Shown here: piece after piece, positions 13,011 to 26,200 of the stretch
Layout: each line of letters begins with the position of its first letter
How positions within the stretch are numbered: position 1 is the first letter of the stretch
Position numbers and translations under genes: made by a program
Notes under the pieces: model-generated
What the model was told of the DNA's origin: nothing
Seen by the model: only the letters and a program-made list of their open reading frames with translations
Database searches by the model: none
DNA from: Rhizaria sp. SCN 62-66
Lineage: Eukaryota
NCBI GenBank assembly: GCA_001724265.1
Contig: MEDY01000397.1
Span: 1 to 58,071, forward strand
Direction: 5' to 3'
Length of the DNA stretch: 58,071 bases

Positions 13011-13653
13011 TTAGAAGCCGAGGTGGGAGAGCCAGTTGCGGAGCTGCGCAGTGTGGTTGCCCGCGATTGAGAGGGAGCCCGCACGCATGTCGATGCGGGT
13101 GCCAGGGCCGACGATCGACTGAATCTGGTCCTTGAGAGCCTGTGCAAAGCGCAAACAAACGGACAAAACACAAAAGGGAAAGTATAGGAACATCAGAGAC
13201 AAGAGACAATTGAGTATAAACGGCATCGTGTGACATTAAAACTAAAATACATCATAGTCGGATGAAGTTAATGTCAAAATGTAGCAGCGAAAGCTTTTCA
13301 AGTGCACATTTTAAGGAGATATATGATGGAAAGTGGAATAATGAACGTACCCACATGTCGCCCTCGACACGACGCACCACAGTGAGCTTCGTGTTGCCAG
13401 CAGACTTGAACTCAGAGTAGACCGGAAGCTGCTTGCTGGCCGTGCGCGTCACACGCCACGTCAGCGGCTCGCGGACAACGCGCACAGGCTTCGCAGCAGC
13501 GGCAGCATCAGCAGCAGGCTTGGCAGTGGCAGCCTTAGCAGCAGGGTTGACAGAGACGGTGTTGAGCTTGGCAGCGACGGAGGAGGCGGCATCGGTAGAG
13601 AAAGCGCGGAGGCTCACAACGCGGGCGCCGAGGAGACTGCGGAGGGCAAGCAT
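13011..13653 (-). CDS. MRPL49: Mitochondrial ribosomal protein L49/Img2. Exons 13653-13351, 13139-13011
   Basis: Presequence-like N-terminus, then WRVTRTASKQLPVY...TVVRRVEGDMW|ALKDQI...LRNWLSHLGF-TAA. The terminal GF matches the family C-terminus. Confidence 0.9.
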
Positions 13654-14036
13654 TGGAGAGATGGAAAGAAACAACAAGCGCAGACGACGCGGACGCGAGG
13701 CAAAGGTGGTGTTGTGTGCTGAGTGTGGGCTCGGTCCGACGGGAACGGCTGAGGCGAGCGAAACCTGGGCTCGGGGGCGCATGCGAATAAATGCAGAAAG
13801 AGTTGAGGTGAGTGAAAATACGATATTATTACGATATTGTTATAACACGGATGCAAGGGATGTTTTGAAGAACTCAAAGTGGGCGCCGCTTCCCAAACCG
13901 CTCGTCTCGCTCTCTGCGCGACCAACCGACCGACTTTTTGCGAACCGGACTCGGTCCGAATGCGATTCACCACAAAACCAGACCCCATATTTGAAATCGC
14001 TGTTCAAGTGCTTGATCACCGTAAAACGAATCAACA
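13654..14036. promoter_or_regulatory. Compact divergent (bidirectional) promoter region between MRPL49 and the PSMG1-like gene
   Basis: The two start codons are head-to-head with 383 nt between them. Confidence 0.55.
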
Positions 14037-15689
14037 ATGGTACGTCTAGCATTTCTTTTTAGGTTTTTTGTTGTATTGTTTATTGGTAGTCTTCGGGCGC
14101 CTTATTAACCCGCCGTAGATCTGCTGACTCGCTCTGCCTGCGCCTCTCACTCATTGTCACCCCGATCTGACCTTGAATTCGCACCTCAACAGAGCTGCTC
14201 CAACCCCAAGGCTGGTGACCCGTTCCCCGACGACTGTTCCGATAGCGAGGAAGAGTTCCTCGCCACCACGCCCGCTGCCGTCGCCGCTGCCATTGCCCAC
14301 GAACAATCTAGCTCCTCCCAGTCCACTTCCTCTACTCAGCAGCAGTAGCAGTCTAAGACCAAGCGCAGCAACCGCTACTTCTTCCGTCCCCCCGTCTTCA
14401 CCCTCGCACCCGGCGTGTCCACTAGCGAGCTCTCATGCGATGTCTTGCTCCTGGCGACGTGCGTTGCTTCGACAGCGCTGGTCACACGTTCCCTCGCGGC
14501 GATGTCACAAAAGCTCCAGCTGAAGACGCTCGGCCGCATCATCTATCACCCACGCTCCGACAACAACATCACCAACAACAACACTTACAGTGCGAGTGCG
14601 TCTATCAGTGACAGCAGCAGCAACAGCAAGGTCGGTCTCAGTACAGCAAGTACTGGTTCCAGTCCAAATGCCTCTAGCTCGTCTTCTGAGCAGTGGGTGA
14701 CTGTGAGCGCGGTTGTATCTGCCACCCCCACGGGTACCGACGCCGGGGTCACGAGTACTGGTGTGATCGTCCTCAGTACACATGCTGCGATCCCGACCGA
14801 GTTTGCTGGTCCCCTCGCCGCTACCCTCCTCGGCACACCCAATCTCACCACATCCGCAAATCACCACACTATTAACGTTACATCTGCGTCGGATGCGGTG
14901 GTGGTGACGCCCAAGTGCGTCATCGCGCTGTCTGCGATCCCATACACGACGTTCACTCTTGCTCCTGTCGCCCGCGCCACGGACCCTGCTTTCCTCTCCT
15001 CTCTCGCAGGGACCGTGAGCAGCGGCAACGGCAACGGAGGTCCTGAGGAGGAGACTCAGCTTCAGCAGCAGCAGCAAGTGGCCGTGGGCAAGGCTCTCAA
15101 GCGTGCCCCGCTGCTGCGCTCTCCGGACCCGGCGTGCCCGCCCCTGCTCTACTCCCTGCTTTCGCCCGCTGCTGTCTCTCTCCTCAGCAACAACAACAGC
15201 ACTAACGATGCCAACAACGGTGGCGCGGGAAGTCAGCTTGCGCGGGTACCGATGCTTCCCCCGCCGACGGTCCTTTTCGGCCTTGACGCCGCCCTTGCGG
15301 CCCAAGCCACCGTTCTTTCGCTCCCGTTTTTCCTCTTTGCGTCGGTTGATAACGCGCACCATTACGCGGGTGAGACGCTTCTCGCGTGGTCCCGCGGCGC
15401 TGGCGCGGCGGCGGAGGCGGCGGCGGCGGCGGGAGCCACGGCCGCGACGGCTGCCGTTGTTTCAGCTGCGCTCTTGACCGCTGACGACGCTTTCCTTCCC
15501 CCTGGAGCGATCGCCTCCTCCGGGGGCGCGCAAAAGGTGAGTGAGGTGACTCGTGTGCGTGCGTACCGTGCGTGGCGCGCGGAGGCTGAGGCCGCGGCAC
15601 CCAAGGTGTCGCTGAAAAACCGCGATGTGGGGCAGCACAAGTATGCGCGGTTTGCCAACAAGGCTATCCCTCACGGCATCTTCGCGTAA
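14037..15689 (+). CDS. Proteasome assembly chaperone 1 (PAC1/PSMG1)-like. Exon 1 = ATG (14037-14039), intron 14040-14192, exon 2 14193-15689; in-frame TAG 14346-14348
   Basis: Splice sites ATG|gtacgt...caacag|AGC. Acidic N-terminus. PMLPPPTVLFGLDAALAAQATVLSLPFFLF resembles the PAC1 core (PLLEQPNIVHDLPAAVL...IPAILY). The C-terminal GIFA-TAA resembles the HbYX tail. Confidence 0.6.
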
Positions 15690-16282
15690 AAGTGCTAAGA
15701 TATCGCTGGTATATCGTAGTAGCGCTGATATTGTCTTTGTTCTGTCTTTTTCTGAATTAAATAGTTCTTTATTGATGTAAATACATTCTTTTTAGCTTTG
15801 TCATCGACAACTATCAGTCGAAATTGATAGCAAGAAGCTCGGCATCATCAGACTTGAAAATAATATCTCCCACAAAGTATGACTTCATTTCCGGACTTTA
15901 AAGAGTAAAAGCAAGTTATCTTGATAAAGAAATGCGTATCCGCCTCTTTTATGGTTGTTACTTTGTCATGTGCGTTGCTCAAAGGTGCATATTCTATGAC
16001 AGAATGAACTCACCACAAATAGTTTCCGTAAAGGGGAGTGAGCGACGTGAAGTAGGTTTTGAACCTGACGACAACCGATGAATACGCCGTTAAATCGACG
16101 TTATGTGCGATAATTCTCTATGAACTGTGATCAATCAATTAATATTGTCATTTAATTTGTTTCACATCTTTCTTTAGCGGAACTAACCTTGTCTATTTCG
16201 GCAAATTCTGCAAGCCTCGTCTCACCTCAAACTATCTCCGTTTTAACTTCCGCTTACTACGTTTTAGCGTCGTCTCCCCGCG

Positions 16283-17782
16283 ATGGACAGCCTTCTCCGC
16301 AGGGCGCTGGACCTGGGCAGCACGGGTTGCCAACACGTCTGCACAGGCGCTGCCTACTGCTGTGAGTTCGTTGCCGAAATCTTCAAGTTCGTCCGCAACT
16401 ACCTCTTCGCCACTCCCGCCAACGACCCCGTTTCCGCCGCTATTGCAGCCGGCCACGGCCATGGCCACGTTGCTGCCGCCGACAACAAGAACGGCGCTCT
16501 TGTGCTGAGCAGTGACGCGCTGTTTGTCAACAATGCAGCTGGCTTATCCGCTGACCACGCGCAACTGAGCGCGCAGGGGCTAGGGGGAGCTCTCATGGAC
16601 CACCATGCGCAAGAGCTCCAGAGCCAGGGTCAGCAACATGAGCAGCAGCAGCGCTCGGTTGTTCCAAGCGAGGGCGACGTTGAGAGCAACAGCAGCAGCA
16701 GTGGCAGCCTTGATGCTGATAGCGCGTCCGACGACGCTGGCTCTGGCTCTCAGGCTGGCTCTGACGCTGACCCTGACGCTGACGCTGACGCTGATGCTGA
16801 GTCGATCAGTGTCGTTGTCATTGCTGCTAGCGCTGCTGCTGCCACTGCTGAGGCTGGCGCTGAGGACAACGCTGCTGTCGACGTCTCTGCTTCTACTTCT
16901 GCTGTTGTCGCTGACGCTCGTTCCGCTGCTGTTGCTGACGCTGCGGAAGATGTGAATGCTCGTGTCACCAGCTTCTCTAGCCCTTCTTGCAGTGAATTTG
17001 CGCTCACTCTGGTTAACAGCGATGACGCCTGCAGCAACAACAACAACAACAGCAACAACAAGGCTAACGACGCGGTCAACGACAGTGTTGGTAGCAACAG
17101 CTCTAACATCTTTGTCATCATGTCTCCTCCTGACGCTGGCAGCGCTAACAAGTGCAGCGACAGCAACAGCAACGGCATCGGCAGCGGCAACGGCGCCGGT
17201 GCCGGTGCGAACAGCGACGCGGGCAGTGACAGTGGCAGCGACAACGGCAGCGACGGCAGTGTGACTGGCACGGTTGAGTCTGACGCTGGCTCTAGCTCGA
17301 GCTTTGCCTCGATCTCTGCTGTCTCTGACATCAATAACAACAACAACAGCAACAACAACAACGGCAGCAACAACGGCAGCAACACTCTTGTTGGCTCCGG
17401 TTCTGGCTCTGTCTCTGGCTCTGTTGCGTCTCGCCCGCGCTCACAGTCTCTCTCGCACTCACTGTCACGCTCGCACGCGCACTCGCAGCTTTCGCAGTCT
17501 CAGTCTCAGTCTCACTCACAATCTCGCTCGCACTCGCAGTCGACTGTGAGTGACCGTGAGCAACGCATCGATGAGCTGCTGCTAAGCCAGCGCAACGGCG
17601 TCGTTGTCGTGAGCCCGACTGACAGCCTTATCAGCAGCTTCATCGATGACAGCAACAGCAACAACAACAGCAACAACAGCAGCAACAGTAACAGCAACGA
17701 CGCCGGTGCTGCTGTCCCCGTGGTTCTTGCGAGTGCTGTTGGCAGTGATGAGGTGGCTCATGAGTTCGAGCTCGTCGACTAA
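16283..17782 (+). CDS. Hypothetical acidic Ser/Ala/Asp/Asn-rich protein, intronless
   Basis: 499-codon ORF with coding-like composition between AT-rich flanks. TAA stop. No recognisable domain. Confidence 0.7.
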   Translation: MDSLLRRALDLGSTGCQHVCTGAAYCCEFVAEIFKFVRNYLFATPANDPVSAAIAAGHGHGHVAAADNKNGALVLSSDALFVNNAAGLSADHAQLSAQGLGGALMDHHAQELQSQGQQHEQQQRSVVPSEGDVESNSSSSGSLDADSASDDAGSGSQAGSDADPDADADADAESISVVVIAASAAAATAEAGAEDNAAVDVSASTSAVVADARSAAVADAAEDVNARVTSFSSPSCSEFALTLVNSDDACSNNNNNSNNKANDAVNDSVGSNSSNIFVIMSPPDAGSANKCSDSNSNGIGSGNGAGAGANSDAGSDSGSDNGSDGSVTGTVESDAGSSSSFASISAVSDINNNNNSNNNNGSNNGSNTLVGSGSGSVSGSVASRPRSQSLSHSLSRSHAHSQLSQSQSQSHSQSRSHSQSTVSDREQRIDELLLSQRNGVVVVSPTDSLISSFIDDSNSNNNSNNSSNSNSNDAGAAVPVVLASAVGSDEVAHEFELVD

Positions 17783-19311
17783 GGACCTCAACTAAGTACC
17801 CCCTTAGAGAGAGTACGCGTGGGAGGTCATCAAGTACCGATGGGTACTGATGACGATCATGTGTGACTCGACAAACGATATTTGTACTTAGATCTTAAAA
17901 AATCTCAGTATTGTCCAGATATTACATAAGAAGTGTGGAAATGATAAGACCATGCCTTGCCTGTGTCAAAACACACCAAAATAGCAAGAACAAAATCGAC
18001 TGACACAAAAGCAAGACAAAGGCAGTGGCATGAGATGATAATCACACTAGTGGTGGATTGTATTGTCAGCTCTCAGAAGCTATTCTCTTTCCGGTTTAAC
18101 TTCTGAGCGCTGATTTATCTTATTTACGTAGCATTTTAACTCTGATAGCCCCGAATAAAGTAACGATAAAGTAACACCAAGGCAAAACTTCTGAGTCCAA
18201 AGCGTCAGCTAATTGCATGTTGGTTGTTTCCGATTCACTCCTTTTCCGCGTTGCAGGTGGCGTGGTGTTCACCACAAAAAAGACTTTGACGTGTCTAATT
18301 TAATTTATTGGTGCCTACTACATCATTGCAAAAGTGAACATGCTTCCGCCAACGCTGTCATTAGTATGATGCCAGCAGTAACTCAGTTGTCAAATATGTA
18401 AATCCCAAGGTTGCGCGACAACAAACACAGTGAAAAGTGATATCTTACATCACAATATATTCAAGTGTTTTGTATGCGTTAATTGTGCAAGTAAACCCAT
18501 AGCCTTTGAATCCACGACGCCAAATGCGTATTTAGACGCGCTTCAGTCTTTGACCGGTGTTTGTGGTGAAGGGCCGAACACGGTGAGGGGCCGAAAAATG
18601 CGGCGGCAACCAAAATGGTTGTGAGATTGAAGTGCAGGCGGAGTTGCGGGTCACTTCCCCGCCGCCAGCGTAGGTTGATTTGGAAATTCAATTGACATCA
18701 TAGCGCATTTCTGCTCGTACTATTGTTGTGGCATTGTGCCTTATTTGGTCGTGGCGTGCCTCGCCCGCGGGATTCCGTTTTCAATTTCGGGGCGTGTGAT
18801 TTGGCAGGCGGCTTCGGGCTTCACTTCGCGTCCTTATTCGCTCCTCACGGCCCCGTAGATGCGACACAACTTTGGTCTTGAGCGTTCCCCCACCTTGCGC
18901 TCTATCAGTTCATTTGTGTTTTGTTTCGCATCGCTTTGCGTCACACCCCGCACGGCGCGTGTTCGCACTTCGCGACAAACCTGTGGCGAAGCGTGCAAAC
19001 TTGAGACCAACGTCGAAAGCACTAACACAGCACCGACAGACGGCCAGGCTGCACCTGCTCTTCCCACGCGTTGTTGCACGTGGGTCTCTTTCTTCGTCAC
19101 TCTTCACAGTCTCGTCACAGACCCGCTAACGCTCGTCTTCAGTCCTCACCCTAAACCTAACGCCCACGCCACCACAAACTCACTCTCTCCTCGTTTCCTC
19201 CCTGTGTTTGCACTCTCCTCGCTCTACTTCCCCCATCGCCCTCCCGCATCTTGCTCTCGCCTCTCCCTGTGCGTGTCTTTTGCGTCTGTCTCTTAGTTTC
19301 CCGCGCCCACC

Positions 19312-20163
19312 ATGCCGCCCAAGAAGCAATCAAGCGTCAACAAGATCTGGCTCGCCGTCGGCGCTGCCGCCGGCGCTGTCGGTCTCTCCTACCTCGCGTA
19401 CAAGTTCTTCTTCAAGCGCACCCGCACCCTGGAGCTTTAGGAACTGATCAAGATCATGACCGAGCTCCACCAGGCTTTCCAGGAGGTTCTCGAGGGCATG
19501 AAGGATCTCCACGCCGAGCTCAACGAGAAGGCCCAGAACCTTCCCGAGGACAAGGTCGCTGAGCTCCAGCGCTCCTTCACCGAGACGTTCCACGAGCGCG
19601 TCAACCGGCGCGAGGTCGAGATCTGCAAGAAGCACGGTGTGTCGTCTGAGGAGCTCTCCGCGTCGCTGCTCGTGCACCAGGAGGACCCTTCGCTGGCATA
19701 CCTGGTCCAGTCGCTCGGCCGCTTCTACGGCGACGACGACGAGGACGGCGACAAGGGCGACGGCTCCGAGGACGTCGACGAGAGCGAGTTCCCCGCCATG
19801 CCCGAGGTTGTCAAGGCCATGGGCACTGTGCTTGAGCTCTCCATCGTCGTCATGGAGGAGGTGTTCAAGCAGGTCGCTGCTAAGCTCGACCCCGACGCGG
19901 TTGCCGCGGGCAAGACCCCCAAGCTCACCCCGCAGTTCGTGTCGGTGCTGAACCGCAACTACACCGAGCAGTTCATGCGTGTGCGCGCTGAGGTGTTCCA
20001 GCGCATGGGCATCACTGAGCGCGTGCTCACTGCGGCCTCGGTCAAGTACCAGAACGCGCCCGAGTTTGTCGCGATGCTCAAGAACCACGCGGCCGAGAAG
20101 GCGCGTCGCTTTAAGGCGCTGGGTCTCGCGCAGATTCAGGGCGAGTCGAACGATGACGAGTAA
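19312..20163 (+). CDS. Hypothetical helical protein with an N-terminal transmembrane anchor and an internal duplicated domain; in-frame TAG 19438-19440
   Basis: From cacc-ATG: MPPKKQSSVNKIWLAVGAAAGAVGLSYLAYKFFFKRTRTLEL*ELIKIMTELHQ, in frame with ORF 19456-20163. Strongly C/G-ending codons. TAA stop. Confidence 0.8.
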
Positions 20164-21434
20164 ATCAAACCCTAAAAGGATTACTCACTCATCAGCGCTC
20201 CGCGTGCAGGCGCAAGCGCGCTTAGAGAAAATGAACAGAAAAGAAATGATATAATAAGCTAAGAAAGAAAAAAATATTAAATAGGGAGGCGGAAGAGTCA
20301 AAAGGCAAATAGTTTGTTGCTGTTGCTTTCTTTACTTTTGCGCTTTGCTGTTGTTAGTTAGTTGGTGGGACGCTAGCAAGCAAGCTTTTTTAGCTACTCT
20401 GTTGTTCATACGTTACACACACTCAATAATGCAGAGATGTTTCAGAGCTTTTGCTGGCGCTAAGTTGAAGTGATAGATAAGAAGAGAAGCAAGTAATCAT
20501 CAAACACAACACGAAAGCGCTCATGCTTTTGTGCTGTCTTGGTTGCACATATCTTTGAATGTTGTTTGTTGTTTGTGATTTGTGTTATTTGGTTGGTTGT
20601 TTGTTCTCTGTTGTTGTGATTGCGTTGCACTGCGCTGCTGCCTGCCTGTCCCCGTGTCTATTTATGGGTAGTGTGCGTGCTCACAGTCACCTATCTCCAA
20701 CACAAACAACGACAACAACAATAATAACAACAATGTACGCGTACAACATCACAGTGCCTGCAACAGTCAAGGTCACTCGCGAAGAGGGAGTGTTCTTGCG
20801 CTTGTGTTGCGTGTTTAGCTCTTGTCTATCTGGGTGGTATTTGGGTAACTCGTAGTAGTAATAACAATGGGATCCTCAACATCAAAAGTCTGTTTTAAGA
20901 ATATCAGACTTGTGTTTGTGTGTAGGCAAATCTTAAAAGTTGTTCTGGTGCGAAGTCCACTATTGTCCACGGTATTTTATTCTAGAAAGAAGGCTTCGAG
21001 TGGCGATTTATATTTCATACACACTTGATCCGTTACATTGGTAAACTATAAATAGCGCGTTTAACTCTCTAGCTATTGATACATCGTGTGTACTCGATGC
21101 TTTGCTTTTCGTCCTTGATTGGCAAGTTGGCGGCTAGACTTCGCTAGAGAATGCAGTTCTTGTTTTCTTCGCTTCAATGGGCGAATCTTCGAAGCTATAT
21201 AACTCGTCCTGTGATTATCAGCCGTGTTTCGCAATCATTCGTGTAAATTGCCACACTTTGCCAATTAATACACTATTTCGATATGTGCCCCCATGGCCGA
21301 GAAGGTCTTCAACGGACCCCCTTTTAAAGCCTCCTTCTGCCTCTTTGCCCTCACACTCTTGACTTGCTCTTTCTCACCCTTGGTGTGCTGCGATTCTACT
21401 CTGTTCACAGGTGTGGGTTTGCCCAAACGCAAGA

Positions 21435-22943
21435 ATGCGCTTCAGTTTTCTTGTGATGATGGCTGCCATGGTGCTCGCTGCCAGCACCCTCCTCGCCGTC
21501 CAGGCCCATGATGGTACGTCACTTCACCTCAAGCCACAACATAGCTCGCCTGAGGACGCCCCTAGGAGTATTCAGTCTTTATTGTCTGAACACGAGGACC
21601 GATCGTAGCATTCTCTGGAAGTTACCGACCCATTTTTACTTGTGTAATCCAATTACATCCCCTCTATATCTCCCACAAATCTTCGCAAACCACCAACTCA
21701 CTCTTCTCTCCCACTCGAACACACGCTCGCTCTTGCTACCTGCACAACGTGTACAGACCTGAACGACCAGATTGGCACGCTCAAGGGCAAGTTCTTCGCG
21801 TCTTATGCTAAGTCCCTGCAGCGCCTGGAGCACGAGACGACCTCCCACGTCACCCGCGCCCGCGCCGACGCTGCTGCCAAGAACGGCATTCACGAGGTTC
21901 TCCTGATCCAGATGCAGGAGGCTGCGCTCCACAGCTCGGGCGCCGCGCAGCAGGAGGACTCGTCCATCGCCCCCGCGCAGCCCGTGGCGCTCCACAAGCC
22001 CGCCATTGTGCCGTCTATCCCCGCCAACGGCGCCGTGATCATGACTAACAGCGGCGGCATCCCCATGCGTTCCGCCCCCGGTACCCCTGGCGGCTTGACC
22101 TCCTCCCTCACGGCTCCCGACTACGTTTCCGCCGCCGCCAGCTCCGCTGCCGCATCCGCCGAGAAGACCGCTCAGCTCCCCAACTTCGCCGAGCCATCGA
22201 TGGATCCCCGTTATATCCAAGCCCGCGCCGCTTTCGCCGCCTCGGACTCGGCAGCCGCCGCGTCCGCCGCCGCCGCGCACAACGCGTACTACTCCCGCGA
22301 CGCCGACGCCTCGTACACGCCGCACCCGCGCCAATACGCGCGCGCCGCCCGCCGTGCCACCGCCGCGTTCAACGCGCTCACTGGCGCTCCGCCCTCAGCC
22401 GCGCACGCCACTGCCCGGTCCCAACTCTTCACGGCGGGCCCCGGCGCCGTTGAGGCCTCGCTCGACGCCACGGGCCTCGCCGTCGCCCGCTCCGCGCACT
22501 GGGGCCGCCGCGACCACGTCACTGCGCGCCACACGCTTGGTCTGTCGTCCCGCGGCGGCGTCATCGCTGCGACGGCGGGCGATCAGGAGGATTTCGCTCG
22601 CACTGTGCTGACCCCGACCCAGCGCGTCACCGCCGCCGTCTCCGCCATGTCGATGCCTGGCGCCGGCGTCCGCCAGGACATGGGCGTCGCGCGCAACCCC
22701 GTGACCGTGGGCCAGATCGAGGCCGCTACTCGCGGCTTACCTTTGAACACCAACTCGGCCGGCGTCCCCTACCCGACCCGTGTTGTCGCCGCCGCCGCGC
22801 AGCAAGTGCGTGCGAAGCGCGCGATGGCGGCGCGCGCGGCGGCCCAGGGGCTGGATATTGTTGGTGGGGAGACGGTGCTGAGCCAGAGCACGGGATCGCA
22901 GACTGCACTTGACCGCCAGATCCACGCCATCATGCACAACTAA
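21435..22943 (+). CDS. Secreted Ala-rich hypothetical protein. Exons 21435-21513, 21757-22943
   Basis: Signal peptide MRFSFLVMMAAMVLAASTLLAVQA. A phase-1 intron G|gtacgt...tacag|AC joins it in frame to ORF 21912-22943. TAA stop. Confidence 0.75.
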
Positions 22944-23296
22944 AGGGGTTACTTACTGTTTTTGGAGTGAGTTTGCCAGAGGACGGGACGAAGTGAAACG
23001 TGAAGTGTTTTGATCTAAACACTATGACAATGTAGATAAATGAACATATAATACATCTTTATGTTTATGTTTCAAGGATACGTTTATCGCCGCTATATAC
23101 TGAATCTTGGAATGAGCTTGATATGAAACGAACACGAAGTTAATTAGTACGAACTTGTATTAAGCATGAGAGAGAACTAAAGTAATCAGGGTGCGTATTC
23201 AATGAATGCATTATCTATACGGATACAGTATTGCCTTGATAAAATGGTCATCTGTCGTGGTGCAAACATTGCACACAGGTGTTCCTGCTGCTGCTG

Positions 23297-26200
23297 TTAC
23301 TGTTGTTGTTTTGCGGACGACAGAGAGCGTGCAGCGATAATGTGCAGCAGTGGCAGCAGAGCGGACACATCTGCCCTGGCCGCCGCACCCACAGCCGCCG
23401 TCGTCAGTGGCGGACACGGTAAGTCGGGGATCGATAGCACCGCCGGCGCAGGAACAGCATCGACGCCAGGTGCAGCAGCGGAGCTCGCACTTGCACTCGC
23501 AATACTCGCATCAGAGCCAGGGACAGTAGAAGCAGAGCCAGAGTTCGTATTGTTCCGCTTGCTTCCCAGCCCCTTGCTACCGTTGTTGCTGTCGTTGCTA
23601 TTGTGAGCAGCCGCAGTTGCAGCCGCAGTTGCCGCCGCAGTCACAGTCGCGGTGCCGAGCGCGAGGGCGACGCCACTTTGAGCACCGCTGAAGCTCGACC
23701 GCGCGCTAGGGGTCGAGCTATTCGTCCCTGCTGCTGCAGTGTTGCTGCTGCTGCTGTTCGAGGAAGCGGCAGGGCGGGGGTGTGAGAGGATGAGGAAGCG
23801 GTCGGCCGCTGCGATGACGCCGGCACTGACGCCGCTCGTGCTCGGTGTGAGGCCGTTGCCGACACTGGAGCCGCGTTGCCGTCCGTGGTACTGACCGTGA
23901 GCTGCGCTAGCGTTCGAGCCACCAGTACTAGAACTTGAGCTAGAGCTAGAGTTAGATGTAGATGTCGAGATCACACCAGACACGGAAGAGTTTGTCTGAT
24001 TATCGTGGTTTGCCGTCGTGATATTTGTGTTCATGGTGGTGTTCAAGGACGGGAGCAGCGCCGGTAACGGCGGCATTGTAAGTACCTCCTTAGACCCCGC
24101 AGCGGCCGCCGACGACGAGGGCGACTGCGAAGGCGACGGCGAATAAGTCGACGACCACAGCTTCGCCCAAACACTGCGCGTCGCGACCGCAGGCGCGTGT
24201 ACCATCGCGCTTGCGACGGCCGCTGTCGTGGACGCGGTAGCGGCGGTCACGGCAGCCACCGCCGCGACGGCAGACGACGCGACGGACGTGGACTCAGGAG
24301 CCTTCGCTGCCGTCATCGTACTAGTCATCGTTGCCGTCGCCGCCGCTGCCGTCGCCCCCGCTGCCGTGGCGGCTGCGCTGCTGCCGTGGGTGTCGTCGTC
24401 GTTGTCGTACTCGTCGTAGTCATCGTCGCTGTAATCGCTGAACTCCACAGTGTTCACATCAATAGCAGTTGCGTTATTGTCGCTGCTGCTGCTGCTGCTG
24501 TTGGTGTTGGATTGCAGTTGCTGTTGCTGTTGTTGTTGTGCCCTGAGTGCTTTCAGCTTGCTATTGTGACGGTGTTGCTTGCGCTCATCAGCTTCCAGCG
24601 CTAACCGTGCGTTTTCCTTTGCAATCGCGACAGCAACATCAGCACTTGCCCTCGGATCAAACCCGACCCACCTGGGCAAACCTGCAACGCGGAGAGAGCG
24701 GGCGCTCACGGTCACAAGACCGCCGCTGCCCACAGTCACTTGCTGACGTGGCACTCCGGGGATAGAATGCGTGCCCGTGGGTACGTGGTTGCTCGCAATC
24801 AATGCGTCGGAATGAGCGCTCGTATCCGCATTGCTAGCGTTGTTGTTGTTGCTGCTGCTGCTAGAGGTAGACATGACAGTGACAAGAGGGGGTGGTAACG
24901 CGTGCCAATGTAAGTGCGGACCCGTGCCGCGACTTCCACTACTCCCGCTGTGCAGACGCAAGTCATCACGCAATTGCGACTGCGCGTGGGCGTCGGTGGC
25001 AACGCGGGTGTTATTGTTATGGCTATCGTGACGAGTGACCGTGAGCGCCGACTCAGAGCCCTCAACAGCAACGCCGCGAGGGGTGCTTACGTTCCCGGCG
25101 ACCGGGCTACTTACACTCAATGCAAGTGCGCCGAGTGTAAGTGCCGGCTGTAAGTGGGCAACAGCTGGGGTTGGAGCAGCGACAAACGCAGCCAATGCAG
25201 CGGTCATCGCGTCAACATCAGCAACAACAGAGTTTTCCGCACTGTTATTGCTTCTGCTTGCGTTGCGAACGCTTGCGTTTGAGTTGGCATTCGTGATAGC
25301 GTTAGAATTGCCATTGTTGTCACTGTTGTTGTTGCTGATGTTGTCGGGAACGATAGTGCCCATAGCAGCGACAGAGGCGGAGACTGACGCAGGTAACTCA
25401 AACGCACTGCCGCTACTGTTCCCAGCAATCACTGCAGTGTGATTGCGGGAGTTCGGCTGAATACCCATGCTTTTGCTGCTGTTGTTGTTGATGTTGTTTG
25501 CAACGGGGTTCGCGTCGGTGTCACCGTCGTAATCAGAATCGTCAGAGTTTGTCTCAAACGAGTCGGAGTCGGAGTCACAGGTCTCCCCCGTCTCCAAGTG
25601 ACCGTGCGCAGCGGAGTGACCGTGGGCAGACTTCGACAGCGGTAAACGCGCGTACGCAACAGTCCAGGCGACGGACGCACGCGCCGCTGCAACCGCACTT
25701 TCGACGAGACTCACGCTCATATTACCCGCCGTTTTAGCGCCAATAGGTGCGTTGACGTTCACATTCGCGTCATTAGAGTGCATGAAAGGATTATTGTGCT
25801 TATTGCTATTGTGTGTGTGATTGTGGTGATGGCGAGAGAGTGCGGGGCGAGGGACCGTGAGCAGAGGCAACGCATGGTCTGGCCCGAACGCAGCGACGGC
25901 ACCCAGATACACAGACCTTTGCGGACCTGCATGGTGGCGGCTTAACTTAACGCCGTCACGGCCACGGCTGCGACCGCTACTCCCACGGCTATGACTCACA
26001 AGAGCAGCAGTGTCAGCGTGATCACCATTAGCATTGTCGTCAGTGTTACTGATGTTATTGTTGTCGTTGTTGCTACTGTTGTTGTTGTAGTTCGGGATCG
26101 CGCGGGGGCGGAGCGCTGACAGCCAGAGGCGGCCACCGCCGGTGTTGTCACTACTGAGCACCGGTACTGCCACAGCCACGGTCACTTGAGACGCACCCGC

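Noticed and set aside
16040-16100. Possible tRNA (GGTTCAAAACC T-loop-like word on the minus strand), sought as a UAG suppressor
   Set aside because: The T-stem is only 3 bp and no acceptor, D or anticodon arms can be built. I found no tRNA gene in the window.
21606-21608. TAG ending ORF 21411-21608 as another read-through site
   Set aside because: It lies inside the modelled intron 21514-21756 (gtacgt...tacag), so it was not counted.
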